Shown here: piece after piece, positions 33,380-45,636 of the stretch
How positions within the stretch are numbered: the first letter of the stretch is position 1
Layout: each line of letters opens with the position of its first letter
DNA from: Cyanophora paradoxa CCMP329
Taxonomy: Eukaryota > Plantae > Glaucophyta
DNA length: 64,000 nucleotides
Assembly (NCBI GenBank): GCA_004431415.1
Contig: QPMI01000039.1
Location: 624,277 to 688,276 of the forward strand
Direction of reading: 5' to 3'
Position numbers and translations under genes: made by a program
Notes under the pieces: generated by a model
The model's input: only the letters and a program-made list of their open reading frames with translations
Told to the model about the DNA's origin: nothing
Database searches by the model: none

Positions 33380-35093
33380 TTACTTGTTCTCAAGCACACC
33401 CTGTTATGGAGAGATCAGACAAGCCAAACGAGCGTTCAGTCGCAGACGAGCGGACCTGGTAGATGGTGCCAGAGGTGTAGTTGGTCGGGAAGCTGGAGGT
33501 GCGGGGGTTCTTGAAGCTGGCCTCCTCAATAGCGGAGGTCGAGAAGAGGAGCACGAAAGCGAAGATCGCTGAGGGCGGGCGTCAAAACGATCAGAGAGAC
33601 AGGGGCTGGACTAAAGCTCACCCTTCGAGAAGATGTCGGCGATGGTGTGGATGATGATGTCGGCATCGACGGAGATGACGTGGACGGCCTCACCAATGAC
33701 CCAGATAACGGGGTACACGAGCCAGGTGATGAAGGAGATCGCCATCAAGACGTTGTAGGTCTGCGTCTCACATAAACAACCGAAAAGGTAAAAAGGAAAG
33801 AATCTTGCTGACCTTCTCGGCCTCGGGGCTCTTTTCGCGGGCAGACTTGCGGAGGATGGTCACGAAGGCAACCTCGATCGGGACGAAGCAGAACATCGCG
33901 AAGGTGAAGTAGCCCCACTTGGTGCCGGTGGACGACAGGAGGCCGAGGAGGCCAGAGACGACCATGATCATCGAAGCGAAAGCCAGAGCCAGGAAAGTGG
34001 CGAAGGTGGTGCCGGCGAGGAGGCAGAGGTTGAGGATGATGAGCGGGACAGTCATGAACCACTCAACGTAGCGCGCGTAGTAGAACACGCGGTACGGGCT
34101 GTTGTTCGACGCCTGTGGCCAAGTCAGCTAGGGGAGCGGCGCGTCGCGCGCCGGAAGAAAGCTAGGCGTGCGCACGGTGGCATCATCCCAAATGGCGACC
34201 GAGCCCTGCTGGCGGGCCATGCAGTAGTAGGCTGCGCACGGTCGTGAGTCTTCCGCTGGGAGATCGCCACATACGCGACTAGCGCACCGAGCATGGAGAT
34301 AGTGAGGTAGACAATGGTGATGTAGTGGAAGATGCGCTTGGCCGGGTCACGGCGGAGGGTGAGGATGAGGGCAATCAGGGCGACGACCGCCATCACGCCA
34401 GCGCCAATCCAGAAGAAGACAGTGCCGATGGTGGTCTGGTCATCCGGAGTGTAGATGGGGGCAGAGCCGGGGGCGAGCGGAAGACCGGTCTTAGAGTCAT
34501 AGCCGCGGCGGGAGACAGCGCGGAGGATCGACCAGTAGTCCTTCACGTACGAGCCGCCGAACAGGTCCATCGGCGTGAGGCCGCGAGCCACACCGTCCTT
34601 GTCGTAGACCGACAGATCCTGGGGGACCTCGCCGGACATAACGGGGAAGCGGGGGTCGCCAGCCGGGCCCGAGAAGGGCCGGATGTCGGCAGAGTACAGC
34701 TGGACCGGGCGCTTAACGGGCTGGTAGCCGCGGGCGTTGATCTCCTGGCCATTGGCGAAGTACTCCGGCTTACGGGCCGACTGGGAGTCGAGGTCGTACT
34801 GGCTAATGGTCGACGGCCAGCTCTGGCCGATCTGGGTCACCGGCTGGCAAATGCCCTCCGACACCTCGTAGGCGGGGCCCTTGTAGCCATTCGGGAAGTT
34901 GCGCAGGAACTGCGGGTGCGGCCACGTGCACTCCACGGAGTACCGCGGGAACGCAGGGGCGACCTGGAACCCTGCCGACGAAACGGTCAGCAACGGTCTC
35001 GCGCCGGCGCGTTCCCCGCCCGCTCTGCAGCATCCCGATAGCGATACGAGGGCGCGGCGCACCGGTCTGGGTTGTCGGCAGCACGGCCGTCAT
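33380..35093 (-). CDS. Type-1 (microbial) rhodopsin with long N-terminal extension
   Basis: 7 TM pattern: TVFFWIGAGVMAVVALIALIL, RIFHYITIVYLTISML/AYYCMA, helix C YARYVEWFMTVPLIILNL, KWGYFTF, helix F WLVYPVIW, helix G ADIFSK (retinal Lys); ATG 35093, TAA 33380-33382. Confidence 0.92.
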
Positions 35094-35374
35094 CGTTGTT
35101 TATTCTATGAGGTCTCCTCTCTGGGGACCAACACTTTGCTGCCGTACCCAACCACGACTTCCGCCACGTACCCCGTCTTCCACCCCTCCCCCACCAACCC
35201 ACCTCGGTTCCTGGCGGGTCACTTTTTCTCAAGGCAACCAACTTCTCCGAGAGTCGGCCTCGCCGCTCGCCCAGAGGCCCGGCCGCACCAAGGCTTCGAA
35301 GCCACCTTCAGCAAAGCTCGAGCAAACGTCGTTTTGGCCTTCGCCCCGGGATCGGCGATCGCGTTGGCCTTCCC

Positions 35375-36965
35375 ATGGCGGACGGCGATGGCGCGGTCTG
35401 CCTCGTCAGCAGCTGCAAGTCCTCCAACGGACCTTCGCTGCAGGAGTCATTTATGCGATTCAAGAAGGACCGCGAGAAGTTCCTGTCGGACGAGTGCGTC
35501 CCCGCCAGTTTTTCAAAGATCGTGGCCAGGCTGGGCCTAGCACGGGCCTCGGGACTCCCCGCAAGCATTCTAAATCTTCTGATCTTCCACCTCACAGACG
35601 CTTTCACGCCGATGTCCCCCGTACGCCGGAGCAGAAAGAGCGCATCCGCCAGAAGTTCCTCGAGCGTGCAATGTCGTACCAAGGTGCCCCTAGGCTCCCT
35701 TCTCCAAAGCAACCGGTATGTGAGCTTATTCGCTCACACAGGAGTACCGTACGCCAAGCGCTACCACGAGCCCGGGACGCAGGTCTGCTTTCGAACTTGC
35801 ATGCCCTCGCTCTCCGCCCCTGAGCGAACGCCGCAGCACTATGACGCGCCCCTTTTTCTGGACTGGTGCGCGAGTCCTTCGTGGGGCGATCGCTTCTCGA
35901 TGCTCAACGGAGCGGAAGCTGCGCGCTGGTCCGCAAGGCCGTGAACGACCTCAAGCACGACTTTGGCTTCACTCTTGGGCGGTGGAATCAAGCGTACCAG
36001 GTGATGCTTGTGTGCCCAAGAGATTACTTGCTGCATCCTGACCCGCGACCAGGCTGACACGCTCCCTGGTCCGACCAGCGCGATCAATTCTGCTCGCTCC
36101 CGCCCGCTGACGGGCGGCGGGCAGACACGGGCATGAAGTCTCACGAGGAGCTACGCCCTGGAGATTTGATTTTCTACTCGGGCACGTATTTCAACGAGAA
36201 GAGCCGGCGCCAGAAGCACGACATGGTCCGCGCCGCCCTCCCCGCGTCCGCTGCGCACCCTCCGACTGCGGCGGGCCCACCGGCAGGTGCACGTGGAGAT
36301 CTACGTCGGGCCTGGAGAGCGGAGCCTCGGGGCGCGCTGGCAGAAGGGCGTGGTGACCGTCTTTGATTCGTTCAAGTTCGAGAGCAAGGCGTACCACAGC
36401 GTGCAGCACCACTTCCGCTCCATAGACCGCTGGCTGTCCGGCGAGTGTTCCAGGTGCGACAGGCGCGCTAGGCGGGCAGGCGGGGCGGGGTCTCTTTCTA
36501 GCGCGCGCTGTTCCCAAATTCGAATTCTCCGCTCTCTGGGCCGAACCGCCTTCGGGCGGTGGAAGCTCGCCATGGGAGTCGGAATCAGACAGTTTGGGAG
36601 ATCGCCCTGCGCGGCGGGTGCGGGTGCCGTGCGCGTGCGCGCGCACCGGCGTGCGGCGGGGCCTCCGCATGGGGGCCCCGTCCGCCTCGCCGCGCGACAT
36701 TCCTTTCGAAGCTTCCACCGCCCCCGCTGTCCCCCGGCCCCCCTCCTCTGCCTCTGAGCCCCCTGCGCACCCCTGCAGCATCTGCGGGGAGCACCCGTGG
36801 CGCCGCAAGGTCTTCGACGTGAGCAAGAAGTCCATCTTTTACGCGGGGATCGCCGCCGCGGACGGCGCCGGGGCCGCCCCGGCCGCGGCCGACCAGGGGT
36901 ACAGCGACGAGGAGGGCGAGGACGAGGCGGCGAGCGACGGCGAGGCCCCAGACGGCAGCGCGTGA
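35375..36965 (+). CDS. NlpC/P60 (papain-like) domain protein
   Basis: FLERAMSYQ/GVPYAKRY...PLFLDC/CALVRKAV (catalytic Cys), LRPGDLIFY, VHVEIYVG (catalytic His); acidic tail; TGA 36963-36965. Confidence 0.75.
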
Positions 36966-37126
36966 GCCGAACCCGGAGTGGGCCCGCCTCCGCTCGCCTC
37001 CAGCTTTCGCTTTCCCTCTCCATGTAGTTGTACCATAGCAGGCGCCGCGACGCCTGCGGTTTCTTTCGTTGTTGCTTACTTTGTATAGATTCGATGTCCG
37101 CTTTCAAATTTTCAGCAGCCGCCATA

Positions 37127-37191
37127 TGCAGCATCCCGATATCGATGCGAGGGTGCGGGGCATCGGTCTGGGTTGTCAGCACAGCCATCAT
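37127..37191 (-). repeat. Diverged copy of rhodopsin exon 1 (35027-35093)
   Basis: MMAVL-TTQTDAPHPRIDIGMLH vs MTAVLPTTQTGAPRPRIAIGMLQ; shared DNA tgcagcatcccgata and cggtctgggttgtc. Confidence 0.8.
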
Positions 37192-38600
37192 GAGCCTCGG
37201 AGGTTCAAAGGGCTCAAATGGCGAAATGCTATGATACCACTAGGCTATGATAACATCGTCAATCAGCAAATGATAACAATGGCTGCCGTCGCGATCGGGC
37301 CTCATGATCAGCCTGGCGCGCGCCGGCACGAGTCAAATGGCCATGGCGAGAGTCCGACGGATAACGTTAACCTGATCAATGATGGCTGCTAGCCTACTAG
37401 GATCCGGAGCCTGCAGCTGGGGAGCAGGCCCTGAGGCTGGGGAGCAGTCTGCCGCAGTGCCTTCCCATCGGTTCAAATTCCTTGAACTTCGGTCCTCGCC
37501 ACCGGATCATGATCAATCCTCACTCAATGATCATGATCATGATCACTGAGTGAGAAGCTTGAATTCCGGGCCTCGGAGTTCGAAGCCTGAACTTCGGAAG
37601 GGCTCCGGAAGGCCTAGGGACCGTGGCACCTCAGGGCCTTCAGCATCGATATCACTGCAGCTGCAGCTGTGAGTCTAGATCTGCCACATGTACATGTACA
37701 GCCGCTGAGCTGCATGCGCAGTGGGGGCCTGGGCTCAGCGCCCCGGGCCCAGTGCCTGGTAAGCCGCTTATCAAAAAATCATTGAATCATTGAATCCCGG
37801 TCAAGTTCCAAAGATTCCATGATGATTAATCACTGACTCAGCAAGACATGTTCATGATCATGATAGAGAGTGCTACGAGGGCTAGGGGCTTGCCTCTTTG
37901 ATAAGAGGGGAGGGCCCGGCCCGGGGGGACCAGGAGGGGCGGAAATCTAGATCTAGAGCTCGCAATTGACTCGGTGAGCCCTCGGAGGCTAGATCTAGAT
38001 CTAGATCCAAGTAGGGCCATAGAGGGGCCCCTTAAGCGCAGATGAAGCAGGCCCAAGGGGCGGACCCTATTGCGCCCGGCGGCCGGCCCAGCGCTAGCCG
38101 GGCCTGGCACGGGGTGCGCGCGGGGCCTGCGAGCCGAATTCAGGGGGGCTGGCGGGCCGCATGCGCATCGAGCTTCACGCAGGTCCCGCTCCGAGGCTCG
38201 AAGCCTTGAAGCTTGAGGCTCAGCGAGCTCGTGGATGAACGTGGACGTGGGCCTACCGCGGGCGGCCTCCGAGGCCCGGGATCGAGGGGGAGGAAGGCCC
38301 GGAGGCCAGGGATCCGGAGCTCGAGGTGGTCCCTGGGCCCCGGGTCGCTTCATCATGGCATGATCATGATCAGGCTTTCCGATCCGGTCCGCAAGGCCCC
38401 GAGGGCTCAATGGTAAGGCATACGGTTCGGGAGACCGGGGTTCGGCGGGTCCCGCGCTGGCGAGGTCGGGCGGCGGCACCTTTTATTTGCATCGGCGAGC
38501 CTCGGAGGCTAAGGATCCGAAGGCGCGCGGCCTTGGGGGAGAACTGCACCCTGGGAGGGCGGGACGAGGTGGGGAAGTGGGGAGGGATGGACGAGCAGGC

Positions 38601-39260
38601 CTAGGAAGCGCTATTGTGCGCCGCGGCGGACAGCCCCGTCAGCCGCCGCCGCGCCTCCGACCCGCCAGCCGGCCGCGGCAGCTGCAGGCCATCCAGCAGC
38701 AGCGCTAGCGCTAACAGGCCTCCGTCATCCGCGCGTGCCCCCCTCACATGTAAAGCCGCTGGAAAGTCCTCGCTGCAGCTGGCCTGAGGTAGCGTGAGCA
38801 AGCGCGGCACGCCACGCGAAGGTCTAGGGCGCGAAGGTATGCGCGCAGAGGCGGCACGGACCTGGAGGTGAACACCGAGAGATCTAGAGATCGGAACGGA
38901 GGAAGGAGATGCATTCAAGATCAAAAGGCGGCGCGCGCCCGCGGCCGGCTCCGCGTCCGTCCTGCCACGCGCGCGCGCTCTGTGCATCGAACCGTATGCA
39001 GTGAGAGCTCGAGGCGAGCCCGCGGCTGAGTGGTGCTGGAAAGCAAAGCCCGCAGCATGCACGTGCGCGGGCGGCCGTAGCAAACAGCCAGCTCGAGCTG
39101 CTCTGCTGAGCTACCTGTGCTGGAAGGCGGACTCCGGGAAGAGCGCCTGCGTGCACCTGCGCTCTCCTGCGAGCCGAGCCAGCCGGGCGCTGCTGAGCTG
39201 AAGCAGGCCAGACTTTGAGAACTCTGAGTTCAACTCTCGCGCCGCCGGGTACACGCACAT
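38601..39260 (-). CDS. Possible small spliced gene divergent from the glycosyltransferase-like gene
   Basis: Several canonical-looking donor/acceptor pairs on the minus strand (cacag|gtagct, ctccag|gtccgt...acctcag); no recognisable domain; frame not resolved. Confidence 0.25.
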
Positions 39261-39328
39261 GAGCTAGCGCGGCCGATCACACACAGCTAGCAGCCTGGGG
39301 ACCCTGCCGAAGTGCGCAGTTGCCGCGC

Positions 39329-42300
39329 ATGGTGCGGCGGAGGCCGCGGTGGGCGTGGTGGTGCTGCGGCCTCGTCCTCCTCGTCGGCCTCGCGGCGCAC
39401 CTTGGCTCGGGCCTCTTCGTCAACAGCCCAGCGCGGCGGGCTAGCGGAGACGATGCGGTCCGCTCCGAGAGCCCGGCCGCGGGCGCACAGCAGCGCGGGG
39501 CCGCAAGCGGCCCGCTCGCGGTCCGGCCTGCGGCGCGGGCGCGCGGCCAGGCGTTCCATGTGACGCGCGCCGAGGCATACTCGCACGCGGCCTTTTCGGC
39601 GCGGCGGGAGGGCGGCGGCGGCGACGCGCATCGGCACACGTCGGCCCTCGCGCTCGACGGCGCGGGGCCGGCCCCGCGCCCCTCGCTCAGCTTCTCCTAC
39701 TGGGGCGCGCGCACCCGTTTCTGCTTCGAGGCGCGCACGCCGATTCCCGCGGCCGCCCCGCCCGCCCAGCGCCTATCTTCAGCTGACGCGCCGGCCCCGC
39801 CCGCCCGCAGAACCTGACCGACACGCCCCTAGAGCCGCGCCGGCGTTTCGACCTCTTCGGCGTGCTCGACGGCGCTGCTTTCGGCTCCCAATGCGCCTTC
39901 GCGAACGACTTCGAGCTCCAGTGGGGCGACGCCGCCTGCGGGGCGCGCGACGACGTCCTCGCCCACTTCGTGTACCCCGTCGACGGATTCCCCCGCCTCA
40001 CCCTCTCCGGCTCCCTCGTACCCCGCCCCTCTCCCTCCTCGGGCGACTCGGGCGAGGTCTCCCTGGTGCGCCCGGCCCCCTTGGAGCGAAACCTCCCCGC
40101 TCGGATTCAATCCCGCGCGCCGCAGGTCGTGTGGCACCTGGTGCAGGCGGAGGACGAGAGCCTCGCGGGGGCTCGAACCCTCGACTCCGGCGCCTTCTCC
40201 GTCCGCGGGGGGTCCCTCCTCCACGGCCGCGCCTCCCTCCCCCCCGCGGGGGTACGCGTCGAGAATTTCGCGGGACGTTCGGTCGTGGGCCTCATCGTGC
40301 GGCACGCGGCGCGGGCGCCGGCGGCGCCGGGCGCGGCCTCCGCCGCCGGCGGCCGCCTCCGCCTCGCCGACGCGATCGAGCTCCGGTTCGCCTCCGCCGC
40401 CTCCGAAGCCGAGGAGGACCCGGCGGGGCGCGAGGCGGCGGCGTCGGGCTCGAGGAGTTCCGATCCGGCGGCGCCCGAGGCCCCGCCCTGGGCCCCGCCC
40501 GCCCCCGTCGGGCCCGGCATGGCGCCGGGGTACTTCGACCCGAAGCGCCCCAGCCTCGTCCGCGCCTGCGACGCCGCCCGCTACAAGTCCAGGGGGGTTA
40601 CCCGCGACTCCTTCGCGAAGCTGTTCGAGGGGTACACCGTCTGGAGCATGGACCTCCGTGCGCTGCGCCCCTGGCCCGCGCCCCCTTGCTCTGCTCGCCG
40701 CCTGAAGGCGTACCCCCCGGACAGACGCGGCGCCGATCATGTGCAGCGCGGAGGTCTATGAGCACATGGGCATGCGCGTCGACGTGCGCCGCGTGCCCCC
40801 GTGACCTCACCTCCTGAGAGCGCATTTCCAAACCGATGCGATCTGATCCGAGCCGGACAGGCCCAGATCGACTCGGTGACGTGCCGCCACTACAGGGGCC
40901 GGCGCGTCTGCGGCGAGGACCTCAAGGTGCCGTACCCCCCGCTTCGATTGATGTACCCCCCTGAAGTATCCCTACCCCTCAGGTCTTCTCGATGAACGAC
41001 GGGGCGGGCGTCGGCATCGACGTCTGCCCCCACCGCCTCCGCAGGCGCGCCTTCGCCCCCTCCCCTCCCGTCTCCCTTCTTCTCGTACCCCTCACACGCG
41101 GTTCGTTTTCGACGCAGGGAGTTCTTCGACGCGTACAAGGAGGACCCCCGCATGCAGCGGGCGCGCCCGTACCCCCCGCGCTTCCCCCCCTCGAACACCC
41201 TAACGCTCTACCCCCAGGCGGACGTCTTCGTGTGCTCGCACCCGGCGGCCAACTGCGAGCTCTTCCTCCCCTTCAACCGGTCCGCTACCCCCGCCTCCCC
41301 CCCCCCCTTCACCGTCTCACCTGAGGGCCCCGGGGCAGGTCGATGGTTGTGTACGCAACGACGCGGCTGGAGTTCGGGCGGCACGACGACAACATTGACT
41401 GGCGCTGGCGCTACGAGGCGGACGAGGAGACCGCCGACGAGCGCTGGCGCCACTGGGTCGCCTCTCTCCGCCGCGTCCGCCCCGCCCCGCCCCGCCCCGT
41501 CCCGCCCCGCCGCCCCTGTGCCCCGCGCGCTTCGTCTCGTGCGAAACGCTCGCCTCTGCTCTCGCCCTCAGATCGCGGCGGACCCGCGGAACACTGTGGC
41601 CGCCAACAGGTCCGCGCGCCCCCCTTCGCCTTCTCATCCTCCTCCTCTCCTCAAGGAAGCCTCGCAGCCTGTTCGACGCGCTGTACATAAGGCACCACAC
41701 GGGCATCCCCGCCACCTACATCCCCTCCTGGTTCGAGGCTCCGCTCCAGGCCGGGCGGGCCGGACCGGCGGCCCGTTAACGTAACGTCGCCGCGTACCCC
41801 CGGCAGGTGCGGGTACACGGCGCGGGAGGCGGCGGAGCGGCCGCGGGCGCCCCGCGCCGAGATCGTCGTCGTCCCCAACCGCATCAACACCCTCGTCCGC
41901 GCCCCGCCGCCCCGCCCCGCCCCTGTTCGATCGGGCTGGATCCCAGCGCTCTGACGCCGCTGCGTGCGCAGGGCCACGTGCCGGGGGAGCGCTGGCGGCA
42001 CCCCCTCTTCTCCTCCCTGGACCGATGGTACCTCCAGTCTCGCCCGGCCCTTCTCTCTCTCCGCGGCCCCCGCCTCAGCCTCGGCGGCGCCGCGCAGGAT
42101 GCGGCGGCACCAGTCCCGCACGGGGCGCCTCCACGACATCCGCTTCCTCAACGAGCTGTACCCCCGCGGCTACGAGTTCGCCGTGCGCCGTACCCCCGCC
42201 TGCCAGGATCCCTACCCCTCCCCTCCGAGCCGCCCGTACCCCCGCAGGACCTCGCCTCCCACCCGGCCATGGTCGCCATCCCCTACCAGGCGAGCCGTAC

Positions 42301-43294
42301 CCCCCGTTCACTCCTTCCCCCTCGCCCCTCTTTCGCGTCTGATACACTCCGAAGCTCTCCCTCATGTCCTTTTTTGAATACTACCGCGTCGGTGCGGCCC
42401 CGTACCCCCCTAAGCCGTACCCAAACTGAGCGCGCGTACCCCCTCCAGGCGTGCCGATGTTCTTCCCCTCCATCGCCCTCCTCACCCAGTGGGAGACCGA
42501 CTACGGCCTGCGCGTACCCTGTACCCCCCCCCATTCCCCTACCCCCCTCCCGCTCATTCCCCCCCCTGCAGGACGTGGGAGCGGGTGTACGGGCACCCGG
42601 AGCCGCAGGCGGCGCCCTTCACGCCCTACGACCCCAACGCCGCCTCCTGCGAGGGTTAGTGGCTATGTAGCCGCTCCCGCCTCTTTTCTCGTCTCGCCGA
42701 CGGGCTTTCCCCGCCTCCTCGCAGACTTCGTCTACTGGCTCCAGTACGCGGACTTCTACAGGTACCGCCCCTCATCGCCCCTTAGGGCCTGGAGCGGCCC
42801 GCCCCGCGGCCCGCTGAACAGCCGGGCCGGACGACTACAGGTGGCCCCACCTCACCTACTTCGACTCCTGGGAGCACCTCTTGCACCTCCTGGACACCGC
42901 AGACCTTCCCGGTACCCCCCGGCTCTCACCCCTCCGCTTCCCTTCCTGATTCGACCCAGCGATCTCGGCGGCAATGCGTGCCGAGAACGAGTGCGTCGAG
43001 CTGCAGATCCTCGAGTCCTGGCGCGACGGTACCCCCCTCTCTTCCCCCCCCACTTTCCCCGCCTTCGCCTCACGCCCGGCCCAGTAATGTCCCGCGCATT
43101 CGGGAAGGACCCCCCCGGCTCCCGGCAGGTGCCCTCCTCCAACTTTTGCCTGCGGCTGCCGGTGCCTCCTTCCCCCCGCCCGACGCGCGCCGGGTACACG
43201 CCAGATCCCGCGCGAGTTCTACCAGGCCCTGCGCGAGCAGGGGTACGAGCGCCCGCCCATCGACTCGAACCCCGACTGCTGGCCCGACTCCTGA
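39329..43294 (+). CDS. Type II membrane protein with glycosyltransferase-like C-terminal domain
   Basis: Signal anchor RRRPRWAWWCCGLVLLVGLAAHL; C-terminal exons DVFVCSHPAANCELFLPFNR, IAADPRNTVAAN, DLASHPAMVAIPYQ, PMFFPSIALL, FVYWLQYADFY, WPHLTYFDSWEHL; ends NPDCWPDS TGA; GT activity is an inference. Confidence 0.55.
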
Positions 43295-43551
43295 GGGGGG
43301 TACCGGTGCCGCCAGCTCGCCCCTCCGCTTCCCACCCCCTCTCCGCCTCCCCGGCGCTGCGCCGAGCCCACCGCCGCACCCCTCCCGACCATTTCCCCCT
43401 CCCCCGCTCTCAGTTTCGCTTTAGTTTGCCAATACTTTGCACTGCTCAAGTCCGCTACGCTGCGATTCGACGGGTTGGTTGCACGCACTAACATGAACGC
43501 TTCGTTCGCTCCCCTCCTCTCCGCCGGGGCGCCAGAAGCCCGCGCCGGGCC

Positions 43552-45314
43552 TCAGCGCTTCTTGAGGGCGAGGACGGACCCGACGACGGCGGCGGCCGCC
43601 AGGGCGCTCGCCAGGTTCACCTGAGCCGGAGACGGGGCGTGAGGCCTGGGAAGGCCCCGGGCCCCCGGGCGAGGTCGCGCCGCCCCACCTGAACGTTGAC
43701 GAAGGGGATCGTGAAGAGCGGCGTCTCGAAGAAGGCTGCTGGGAGGGGAGGGGGCGGCGATGTCAGGCGAGGGCGAGGGAGAGGGGAGAGGGGCGCGGGG
43801 CGCGGGGGGCGCACTGGAGGAGCGCTTGAGGAGGAGGCCCTTCTCGGCGGCCCGCTTGTGCATCCGCCTGCGCGCGCGCGGGGGGGGCCGGCCCGTCGGC
43901 CCTCGTCCGGGGGAAGGCGGCGAGGGCGAGGCGAGGCCCACTCACCGGATGAGCTCGGAGGTCGACACGTAGCCGATCTTGTACCCGGGCTGTCGCGGGA
44001 AGGAGGTCGGGAGCGGCTCGATGCTGAGCGCGCGGGCGCGCAGGCGGGGGAGCGGTGGGTGCGCGCCCGGCGCGCACCTCGTCCTTGACGGAGGCCGGGC
44101 ACTTCTCGGCGAGGCCCCACACGCTGCACCCGCACGCGATCTCCTGCACCTTTGAGCGGGGAGCGTCGTTGGATTTGATCCCGACGAGCCACAGCAAAGA
44201 CGGGCGGAGGTCCCCTGCACCTTCGAGGAGGAGGACGACGCGCAGCCGCACACGCCGCCGGCCTTGCCCGCACAGTTGCACGACGGACCACACTTGCACG
44301 ACGGGCCGCACTGGCAGCCCTTCGCCTCGGCGCCGGCCTTGGGCGGGCAGGCGCACACGCCGCCAGACTTGCCCGCACAGCTGCGCGCTTTCCGTCAACG
44401 AAGGCTGCCCGCCTGCCCGCTCGGCCACACGCACTTGCACGACGGGCCGCACTGGCAGCCCTTCGCCTCGGCGCCGGCCTTGGGCGGGCAGGCGCACACG
44501 CCGCCAGACTTGCCCGCACAGCTGCGCGCTTTCCGTCAACGAAGGCTGCCCGCCTGCCCGCTCGGCCACACGCACTTGCACGACGGGCCGCACTGGCAGC
44601 CCTTCGCCTCGGCGCCGGCCTTGGGCGGGCAGGCGCACACGCCGCCAGACTTGCCCGCACAGCTGCGCGCTTTCCGTCAACGAAGGCTGCCCGCCTGCCC
44701 GCTCGGCCACACGCACTTGCACGACGGGCCGCACTGGCAGCCCTTCGCCTCGGCGCCGGCCTTGGGCGGGCAGGCGCACACGCCACCAGACTTGCCCGCA
44801 CAGCTGCGCGCTTTCCGTCAGCAACTGCCGCCTGCTCGCGCGCTCGCTCGGCCACACGCACTTGCACGATGGGCCGCACTGGCAGCCCTTCGCCTCGGCG
44901 CCGGCCTTGGGCGGGCAGGCGCACACGCCGCCAGACTTGCCCGCACAGCTGCGCGCTTTCCGTCAGCGACGGCCGTCTGCCCGCCCGCTCGGCCACACGC
45001 ACTTGCACGACGGGCCGCACTGGCAGCCCTTCGCCTCGGCGCCGGCCTTGGGAGGGCAGGCGCACACGCCGCCAGACTTGCCCGCGCAGCTGCGCGCTTT
45101 CCGTCAGCGAAGGCTGCACGCTCGCGCGCTTGCTCGCAACACGCACTTGCACGACGGGCCGCACTGGCATGCCTTGGACCCCAGCAGGCCGGCCTGGACG
45201 AAGTTCAGCTTTGCGCGCCGGCTAGCCGCCTCTTCGGGTCGTCGAAAACCGGGCGACGGGGGCCGATCGCACCTGCTTTGCCTTCTCATGAACGTGAGCT
45301 ACGACGGCGTCCAT
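43552..45314 (-). CDS. Metallothionein-like Cys-rich protein with six exon-encoded 29-aa modules and a C-terminal membrane anchor
   Basis: MDAVVAHVHEKAKQ/LNFVQAGLLGSKACQCGPSCN/(CAGKSGGVCACPPKAGAEAKGCQCGPSCN)x6...CGC.../VNLASALAAAAVVGSVLALKKR*; about 47 Cys in CxC motifs. Confidence 0.75.
44290..45165 (-). repeat. Tandem exon+intron array, 6 x ~141 bp (87-nt exon + ~54-nt intron)
   Basis: ccagacttgcccgc recurs at about 44363, 44504, 44645, 44786, 44931 and 45072; three introns are identical. Confidence 0.95.
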
Positions 45315-45636
45315 CGCATTCTTTCCGCCAGCGAACGGATCTAAGATGTCGTCGCCGTACGCGTCAGATTGGCCGCGAGACGTGAGTCGCGTACGGGACC
45401 GGACGACCCGCGAAAGCGCTGCTCACCCGATCCGAGCTGCGATACGGCCGGGCATTTCTTCGCCGCCTCGCTCCAGAGGCCGCAGCCTGCAGGACCGCGT
45501 CAGCGACGTCCGCGGCGCCGCTGCGGTTGCATCGGTACCGCGGCATGCAATCGAGCGTGCTTACCGCACGGGATCTCTTGGACCTTGCCCGACATTCTAG
45601 TTCTCGCTGAAGTTCGCTCGCGACGGGTACACTGCG

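Noticed and set aside
33380-35093. Rhodopsin-histidine kinase fusion or channelrhodopsin
   Set aside because: The C-terminal tail is short and the kinase gene is separate and on the other strand; TM2 lacks channelrhodopsin glutamates.
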